The position numbers were made by a program, and so were the translations under genes. From the NCBI GenBank assembly GCA_041657425.1, contig JBBABY010000016.1, positions 1 to 11,058 on the forward strand: a DNA stretch of 11,058 bases. The letters run 5' to 3'. The notes below the pieces were generated by a model. It worked only from the letters and a program-made list of their open reading frames with translations. It did not search any database and was not told the origin of the DNA. Numbering within the stretch: the first letter of the stretch is position 1; every line of letters starts with the position of its first letter. The DNA comes from an archaeon (GTDB taxonomy: Archaea > Iainarchaeota > Iainarchaeia > Iainarchaeales > CSSED10-239). Shown in pieces: positions 5,538 through 11,058 of this stretch.

Positions 5538-5885
5538 ATGTCGTCTCCACAAGAACTCTTTCTTCTCCACCGTGCACGACAGGTCTTTGTCGTCATGGTT
5601 CGCGACAAGCACGGCAACCCAACTCTTCTTTTTGATCCGGGAATGGACCGTCCATGGTCTTCTACAAACAAAAAGCTTGCGGACTTTCAGGCATCGGCCT
5701 GTGGTGGCGAAACACACACCGTCGAATCCGCATGGTCTATCCTCCTCCGCGAAAACCCGCTTTTTGAACAACAGCTTGTCAAGCAGATCGTCTCTCGGCA
5801 ACAAATCAACTTTCCAACTAAAGAATCTTCCACAAATGGAAACACCGACTCTCTCTTCGACACCAACGGCAACCCCATCGTTTGA
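5538..5885 (+). CDS. hypothetical protein (115 aa)
   Basis: ATG lies 3 nt after the terminator T-run, and the composition is protein-like. The overlapping frame (5287-5835 part of the long tracked ORF) is Ser/Pro/Arg-rich junk. No family recognised. Confidence 0.6.
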   Translation: MSSPQELFLLHRARQVFVVMVRDKHGNPTLLFDPGMDRPWSSTNKKLADFQASACGGETHTVESAWSILLRENPLFEQQLVKQIVSRQQINFPTKESSTNGNTDSLFDTNGNPIV

Positions 5886-7302
5886 AATTGACATTGACCA
5901 GATTGTGGTCGGTGATCGTGTCCGCCGCGAGTTCGGCGACATTACGGAATTAGCTGAATCGATTCGCACGGAAGGGCTGATTCAGCCCATAGTAATAACA
6001 CAGGACTGCCGCCTTATCGCCGGTGAACGGCGCCTGCGTGCTCACAAGCACCTCGGGCTAAAAACCATCAAAGCTGTTTTTTTTTTTGAGGTTCTTGACG
6101 AGGCACATTTGGTTCGCCTTGAAGCGACCGAAAATATTATCCGGCGCGATTTTACATGGCAGGAACGTATCCTGGCGATCGACAAAGTCCATCAGTTAAT
6201 GTCCACAAAGGCAGCACTCGCCAGCGAGGATTGGGGTGTTCGCGAGACCGGTCGGTTACTTAATATAAGCAAATCACCCGTCGGAAAAGCCATTCTCATC
6301 GCAGAATACCTACATGCCAACGATAAGGAAGTTTGGGAAGCAGACTCACTAGCTGATGCCTGCCGTATCCTACTCCTTCGCCGAGAGGAAGAAGTCAACC
6401 GGGCAATCGTTGCTACCACACTGCCAAAACGTCCCGCGGCGGAAGACTCCCTGGCCAAACTAGCCACCTCAGCAACAGCTTCCTTTTTTCAGCCCTCTCT
6501 TGTTACTTTTAAGCCCGGCATTTCCGACCTCGAAGAGGAATTCGAGCTACCCGGACAAGTCCCCATCACTCCGCCTCAAATCGTCCCACTTTCGCAGATG
6601 TGTTTTCTCGGTAACTGCCTCGACCTTCTGCGCCCCGACATGTGCGACCACATCATCACCGACATCCCCTATGGTATCGATATGAGTATGCTTTCCCAAT
6701 CAAACGAATCTCTCATAGACATTTCGCAAGTTGCCGCCGAACACGATGTTGCGGAAAACCTAAACCTTTGGCAGGCAATGCTCCCCAAGTTCTACGCCGC
6801 CATTCATGAAACCGGTTTTCTTGTGATGTGGTGCGATATGACCTGGTGGCAGCATCTTTGTAACCTGGCAACGGACGCGGGCTTTTCTGTGCAGCGTTGG
6901 CCTCTCGTGTGGCACAAAACTTCCCAATGCAAAAACCAGGCCGCGCAATATAACTTTACCAAAAACCTTGAAGTCGCTCTTCTCGCTCGTAAAGGAAATG
7001 CCACCTTAATCACTCCGCAACCCTCTTCGGTGTATTCTAGTTCCAACGATGTAGAAGCAAAAGCCCTGGGTCATCCTTTTGTCAAACCCTTCGGTCTGTG
7101 GAACTGGATCTACTCGGCACTTACTATCAAAGGCGCCACCGTTCTTGACCCGTTTGCAGGTGTTGGTTCCTCTACCATCCCGGCCATTCAGCGTGGTCTT
7201 CGTCCTATCACTATGGAAAGTAACGAAGCTCACTACAACCGACAAATTGTTAATCTTCAAAATGTCTACAAATCCCTCTCCCCAAACGTTCAATTCTCCT
7301 GA
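5836..7302 (+). CDS. ParB-like N-terminal domain fused to a beta-class N6-adenine/N4-cytosine DNA methyltransferase (488 aa)
   Basis: The ParB/Srx box reads IDIDQIVVGDRVRREFGDITELAESIRTEGLIQPIVI...LIAGERRLRAHKHLG (LIAGERRLRA at 6013-6045), with an HTH-like RETGRLLNISKSPVGKAI. MTase motif IV is DIPY (6661-6672). The HPFVKP block and motif I VLDPFAGVGSS (7141-7173) follow, so the order IV then I marks the beta class. The start is set at the first Met (5836) before the ParB box; the tracked 5287 start adds about 183 junk residues. Confidence 0.85.
   Translation: METPTLSSTPTATPSFEIDIDQIVVGDRVRREFGDITELAESIRTEGLIQPIVITQDCRLIAGERRLRAHKHLGLKTIKAVFFFEVLDEAHLVRLEATENIIRRDFTWQERILAIDKVHQLMSTKAALASEDWGVRETGRLLNISKSPVGKAILIAEYLHANDKEVWEADSLADACRILLLRREEEVNRAIVATTLPKRPAAEDSLAKLATSATASFFQPSLVTFKPGISDLEEEFELPGQVPITPPQIVPLSQMCFLGNCLDLLRPDMCDHIITDIPYGIDMSMLSQSNESLIDISQVAAEHDVAENLNLWQAMLPKFYAAIHETGFLVMWCDMTWWQHLCNLATDAGFSVQRWPLVWHKTSQCKNQAAQYNFTKNLEVALLARKGNATLITPQPSSVYSSSNDVEAKALGHPFVKPFGLWNWIYSALTIKGATVLDPFAGVGSSTIPAIQRGLRPITMESNEAHYNRQIVNLQNVYKSLSPNVQFS
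6077..6087 (+). repeat. T11 homopolymer inside the ParB-methyltransferase coding sequence
   Basis: GCT GTT TTT TTT TTT GAG encodes AVFFFE and is currently in frame. T12 would create an immediate TGA. T10 runs into TAA at about 6197. Confidence 0.95.
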
Positions 7303-7477
7303 ACAGACCTGTGTACGTGACCTGATCATTGCTTTATCGGATTTGGTGCTCTTCGCTCACGACAACGTCCGTTTTACCCACACCCTCGATACCATCTCCC
7401 TTGTTGTCGAACGCACCCGCCGACAGATGAATATGCGAGTAATCATTGACCGCTTTGACGACACCGACAATGACTGA
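7262..7477 (+). CDS. hypothetical small protein (71 aa) bridging the methylase and polymerase genes
   Basis: The internal ATG at 7262 of the tracked ORF 7079-7477 is used, because the upstream part lies off-frame inside the MTase. It overlaps the MTase 3' end by 41 nt and the polymerase ATG by 8 nt (ATGACTGA). The sequence DLIIALSDLVLFAHDNVRFTHTLDTISLVVERTRRQ is protein-like. Confidence 0.4.
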   Translation: MSTNPSPQTFNSPEQTCVRDLIIALSDLVLFAHDNVRFTHTLDTISLVVERTRRQMNMRVIIDRFDDTDND

Positions 7478-10046
7478 CCTTTGCCCAAACCTCTTTCCTC
7501 TACTCCCGCCAACAATCTCTCGCCTCGCTGTCGTCGGCGAAGCTCCCGGCGAAGACGAGATGGTTGTTCACGAGCCTTTCGTCGGTACCTCTGGCCGGTT
7601 TCTTCGTGCCATGCTTTCCAATGCCGGGCTTTCCACCAATCAAATCTTTTTTGGCAACGTCTGTCAACACCATCCCCCACAAAATGACATCGAAAAATTC
7701 TCTTTCGACGGCGAGGAAATTCAATCCGGCATCGCCACACTTACTAGCAACCTGGCGAAATTTCACCCACACTGCATACTCCTACTTGGCAAAACAGCCT
7801 TTCGCGCGGCCCGTCCTGATTTGTGTTATCCAACCAAAAACGGCTACGTTGTTCCTCTCTCGGACTGGCGAGGGAGCCTTTTTACGGTGGAAAAATTCGG
7901 AGGGGCTAAGTCTCTTTCCACCTTCCATCCGGCTTTTATCCTCAGGTCTTATGCGGACATTGCATACTTCAAACTCGATCTCGCACGGGCCGCGAAACAT
8001 GCTCGCTTTCCTGAACTCAATCTCCTCCCCCGACGCGGGACGCTCCGCCCCTGCTTGTGCGAAGTTCTCGACTTCTTACGGCGTATTGAGTTGGAAGAAA
8101 CGCCAATTTCCTTCGACATTGAAGGATTCGCAGACGATGTCGGAGTTACTATGCTTTCCATCTGCGACTCCCCAACAACAGGAATCGTTATCCCTTTTTG
8201 GATCGACGGCACAAACTACTGGTCAGAAGACGAAGAAGTCCAGGTCTGGCAAGCTCTCTCACAAATGCTCGCAAATCCGCTGGTACGAAAAACAGCCCAC
8301 AGCGGATTTTATGAACTCTTTGTCCTTGCCTGGCGACACTGCTGCGTCGTCAATAACCTCCACGACGACACCATGTTCCTCCACTGGGAAAACTTCGTCG
8401 AAGCGGGTGGCGACCCGGACAAAACGGACACGGGCAAAAAACGTACGACTGGGCTAGGTCGTGACCTAGGCTCTGTGTGCTCTATCTGGACTGAGCAACC
8501 CTATTACAAAGACCAGCGTCTTTCTGAAAACACCGAAACCAAACTAAACTACAACTTCCTCGACTCCGCTGTTACCCATGAAATCTGCACCGAAGCAAAT
8601 AAAGCCCTCACGAAATATCCCTTCTCCCTCGAACACTATCGCTTCAACATTAACCTTATCCCCGCGTACAACTACATCATGCTCCGAGGGTGCAAATTCG
8701 ACATCAACCGCCTGGCGGAAATCCGCGAGACCGTCGAAGGCCAAGTCAACTCCTACAACAAGCAAATCCGCGAAGCCACCGGTCGCGACTTTAACTCCAA
8801 ATCCGGCGACGACAAAGCGTGGCTACTCTTCGATCGTCTCGGCTACACCCCTCTCAAGCGCAAGTTTACCAAAACCGGCAAGCCGCAAACCGACGAGTCT
8901 GTCCTTCTTCACTTTTGGGCAAAAGACCACAATCCCATCATCCGCCTTGTCATCCAGTGTGTACGACAACGTACTCGACTTCAAGACATCAACAAACTTG
9001 TCCTTAACGAAGACGGACGTATTCGTACGTCTTTCGATCCAGTTGGCACCAACACGGGTCGGCTTTCTTCACGCGCTTCAACGGCTCTCCGCTTTATTGA
9101 CGGCGAGTGGTCAAAGACCGGAACAAATCTACAAAATGTTACGAAAGACCTGCGTGTCTGCTTCATTCCCGACTCGGAACAGTTTGATTTCTGGCAGTGC
9201 GATTTGTCGGGAGCAGACGGCTGGACTGTCGGTGCTGACTTGGCAGCACTCGGCTATCCAGCAATGTTGGACGATTACTTGGCGGGTATCAAACCTGCCC
9301 TCGTACTTAACCTCATGTGGAATGAGTACGAAGCTGGTAGACCGGCTGCAGCGGTCAACCAGATGGACCGAAACGAAATAAAACGCCGTATTCGAGAAAT
9401 CAAGGTTGATTACGATTCGCACGACGGACAAAAACTTCCCGATGGGCGTGATTATGACTGGCGCTATCTTTGTTGCAAGCGTGGTCAGCACGGGACCAAC
9501 TATGGGGCACAACCGGACAAAATCGCCGAAGTGATCTTCACTGACTCTGATGGCACAATTGACATCTCGAAAAAAGACGCCGGTCTCTTGCAATACTTTT
9601 ACAAACTGCGCTACAAAACCGACGTTCGCAACGATTGGATACGTAGTCAGCTTTCACGAACTGGTACCCTTGTTAGTTCTTGTGGCATTCGCCGCCAGTT
9701 CTTTAGCATCCGCAACCGCAGCTTTATCGACGACGCCATCGTACGAGAAGCCGCTTCGTTCGACCCGCAGGCAAATACAACTTGGTCAACCAATAAAGCA
9801 CTGGAAAAAATGTGGTATGATCCGACCAACCGGACAAGTCGCGGTACCCTTTTTATCGAACCGCTTCTTCAAATCCACGACGCACTTGCCGGCCAAAGCC
9901 GACAAGCCGTACGCGATTTTGCCCGCGAAAAGTTTGCCGAGTATTTTAACAACCCACTCACAATTCACGGTATTCGCCTAACGATCCCGGCGGATTGCAA
10001 GTATGGGCCAAACTGGAAAGAAACTTATACCTCTCTAAATATATGA
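7470..10046 (+). CDS. family A DNA polymerase with 3'-5' exonuclease domain and an N-terminal family-4 uracil-DNA-glycosylase-like domain (858 aa)
   Basis: UDG-like domain: GEAPGEDE (from 7536), PFVGTSGRFL, GNVCQHHPPQND and FHPAFILRS (His codon 7926-7928). Exonuclease domain: Exo I FDIEGF (Asp 8115-8117), Exo II-like AHSGFYELFVL and Exo III-like YNFLD. Polymerase domain: TGRLSS (9054-9071), NLQN (9126-9137), motif A CDLSGADG (Asp 9201-9203), motif B KRGQHGTNYG (9477-9506) and motif C QIHDA (9870-9884). The tracked start at 7446 is TTG; ATG 7470 is preferred. Confidence 0.9.
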   Translation: MTDLCPNLFPLLPPTISRLAVVGEAPGEDEMVVHEPFVGTSGRFLRAMLSNAGLSTNQIFFGNVCQHHPPQNDIEKFSFDGEEIQSGIATLTSNLAKFHPHCILLLGKTAFRAARPDLCYPTKNGYVVPLSDWRGSLFTVEKFGGAKSLSTFHPAFILRSYADIAYFKLDLARAAKHARFPELNLLPRRGTLRPCLCEVLDFLRRIELEETPISFDIEGFADDVGVTMLSICDSPTTGIVIPFWIDGTNYWSEDEEVQVWQALSQMLANPLVRKTAHSGFYELFVLAWRHCCVVNNLHDDTMFLHWENFVEAGGDPDKTDTGKKRTTGLGRDLGSVCSIWTEQPYYKDQRLSENTETKLNYNFLDSAVTHEICTEANKALTKYPFSLEHYRFNINLIPAYNYIMLRGCKFDINRLAEIRETVEGQVNSYNKQIREATGRDFNSKSGDDKAWLLFDRLGYTPLKRKFTKTGKPQTDESVLLHFWAKDHNPIIRLVIQCVRQRTRLQDINKLVLNEDGRIRTSFDPVGTNTGRLSSRASTALRFIDGEWSKTGTNLQNVTKDLRVCFIPDSEQFDFWQCDLSGADGWTVGADLAALGYPAMLDDYLAGIKPALVLNLMWNEYEAGRPAAAVNQMDRNEIKRRIREIKVDYDSHDGQKLPDGRDYDWRYLCCKRGQHGTNYGAQPDKIAEVIFTDSDGTIDISKKDAGLLQYFYKLRYKTDVRNDWIRSQLSRTGTLVSSCGIRRQFFSIRNRSFIDDAIVREAASFDPQANTTWSTNKALEKMWYDPTNRTSRGTLFIEPLLQIHDALAGQSRQAVRDFAREKFAEYFNNPLTIHGIRLTIPADCKYGPNWKETYTSLNI

Positions 10047-10441
10047 CTTCCGATCTTGAAAAAGTCCGCAACTGGATGGAATCGTCCAACCGCCGAGTGT
10101 TTTTCTACCCGCCTAATCAGGTTCCTTTTACCCTAAAGGTCGCGCAAGTAGAACGAATTCTAGTTGAGCTTTGGCGAGTCGCCGATGACCTGGGAATCTC
10201 ACTAGGTCAGCGTCCTATCATTCTTGAGTGCCACAAACCCGAGGTCTTCTACCCCATTGCTGTGGCAGACATCAACGAACTCTACCGCGAGGTTCTTGCA
10301 CTAATCCAGGTTCTCGGAGTTGCTCCTTCCGCTGAACGCATCTTTCTCGAATCCTTCAACCCGTTTCCTAATTTCAAACGCATTATAAAAGACACCTACT
10401 ACGATCTTGTCTCTGACGAAGAAACACCTGACGAAGACTGA
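10043..10441 (+). CDS. hypothetical protein with acidic C-terminal tail (132 aa)
   Basis: The tracked start at 9995 is TTG inside the polymerase gene. ATG 10043 forms an ATGA overlap with the polymerase stop. The composition is globular-looking and the protein ends in DLVSDEETPDED. No family recognised. Confidence 0.65.
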   Translation: MTSDLEKVRNWMESSNRRVFFYPPNQVPFTLKVAQVERILVELWRVADDLGISLGQRPIILECHKPEVFYPIAVADINELYREVLALIQVLGVAPSAERIFLESFNPFPNFKRIIKDTYYDLVSDEETPDED

Positions 10442-10446
10442 CTCAA

Positions 10447-11058
10447 ATGTCCTTCATCAAAGACTACATGCTTTTTGCATCGAACAACGAGGTTGCGGAA
10501 AATTATCACTTTTGGTCTGCTCTCTCTGCCTTGTCGGCTATCGTAAACCGGCAGGTCTGGATCAGTCTAGGAATGTATAATCTTTTTCCCAACCTCTACG
10601 TGATCCTTTTGGGCCAGCCCGGTTCGGGGAAGGATTTTGCGATGAACATTTCGCAGGATCTTATCGATGACGTAGGAGATATAAATTTTTCTGGCGACGC
10701 ACAGACAAAGGAATCTCTCGTTCGTTTCATGCGAGATACCTGTCCCCGGTCGCTGGACATTGATGGGATGTCCTACGTCATTACCCCAATCACGATCTAC
10801 GCCACCGAACTGTCCCATCTTCTTGGGCCCAACTCTGGGCATATGATCGATTTCTTGACCACTATTTACACAAAGGATCGCCGGTACTCCACCCGCACAA
10901 AAAACAAAGGGGATGATCTTATCGAACGCCCGTTTGTTTCTCTCCTTGCCGGTACCACCCAGGAGTGGATAACTACCTACCTAAAAAGCGACATTATCGG
11001 TGGTGGTTTTACTCGTCGAGTGATCTTTGTCAACGAACCTCCCCGCGATTCTATCGAT
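10447..11058 (+). CDS. DUF3987-like P-loop protein (putative replicative helicase-type ATPase), 5' part; continues beyond the window
   Basis: My own translation from ATG 10447 is open for 204 codons to the window end. This ORF is absent from the track because it has no stop. It reads MSFIKDYMLFASNNEVAENYHFWSALSALSAIVNRQVW...NLYVILLGQPGSGKDFAMN...PITIYATELSHLLG...RPFVSLLAGTTQEW...GGGFTRRVIFVNEP. The order of these blocks matches my recollection of DUF3987 phage/plasmid helicase-like proteins. Confidence 0.65.
   Translation, partial: MSFIKDYMLFASNNEVAENYHFWSALSALSAIVNRQVWISLGMYNLFPNLYVILLGQPGSGKDFAMNISQDLIDDVGDINFSGDAQTKESLVRFMRDTCPRSLDIDGMSYVITPITIYATELSHLLGPNSGHMIDFLTTIYTKDRRYSTRTKNKGDDLIERPFVSLLAGTTQEWITTYLKSDIIGGGFTRRVIFVNEPPRDSID

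Noticed and set aside
5287-5835. N-terminal 183 residues of the tracked 671-aa ORF
   Set aside because: The translation is Ser/Pro/Arg/Thr-rich low-complexity sequence. It overlaps the SSB-like gene, a strong terminator and ORF 5538-5885. The recognisable ParB domain begins right after Met 5836.
4896-5969. 357-aa minus-strand ORF antisense to the SSB-like gene and ORF 5538-5885
   Set aside because: It spans a + strand terminator, has an off-frame-like Arg/Gly/Val-rich composition and has no motifs. It is probably a long antisense shadow ORF.
8454-8469. Inverted repeat CTAGGTC-GT-GACCTAG inside the polymerase gene, considered as a possible parS or operator-like site
   Set aside because: The arms are only 7 bp, and roughly one such palindrome per spacing class is expected by chance in a window this size. 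It lies in coding sequence and no second copy was seen.
7564-9381. Alternative-frame + strand ORFs inside the polymerase gene (7564-8457 and 8578-9381), and likewise 3147-3749 inside the nuclease gene
   Set aside because: Their translations are Ser/Thr/Pro-rich, and they lie wholly within ORFs that carry unambiguous catalytic motifs in another frame.
10567-10842. 91-aa minus-strand ORF at the right end
   Set aside because: It is antisense to the open-ended + strand reading frame that carries a P-loop and DUF3987-like blocks.

Overview
All supported genes in this window are on the + strand and tightly packed. It reads as a phage or prophage early region followed by a DNA replication/recombination module. 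It opens with the GC-rich 3' end of an upstream gene (1-348). About ten small ORFs with no recognisable family follow (426-2816). Then comes a recognisable run: a Cas4/RecB-like PD-(D/E)XK exonuclease with a Cys cluster (2813-3754), a Sak4-like AAA_24 ATPase (3933-4694) and a DUF669-like SSB candidate (4944-5474). Next is a ParB-domain::beta-class N6/N4 DNA methyltransferase fusion (5836-7302) carrying an in-frame T11 homopolymer. It is followed by a three-domain fusion of a family-4-UDG-like domain, a 3'-5' exonuclease and a family A DNA polymerase (7470-10046). The window ends with an acidic-tailed small protein (10043-10441) and the 5' part of a DUF3987-like P-loop protein that runs off the edge. 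Two hairpin plus T-run terminators are visible (688-760 and 5498-5535). Shine-Dalgarno motifs are nearly absent, and five gene junctions are ATGA start/stop overlaps. I saw no tRNA, rRNA, CRISPR array, transposase, integrase or virion structural genes. The observations most worth follow-up are the UDG-PolA fusion with atypical polymerase motifs, the T11 tract in the methylase, a coding-frame switch near 2600, and a 16-nt perfect in-frame direct repeat inside ORF 1609-2160. All family assignments come from motif recognition by eye; no database search was run.
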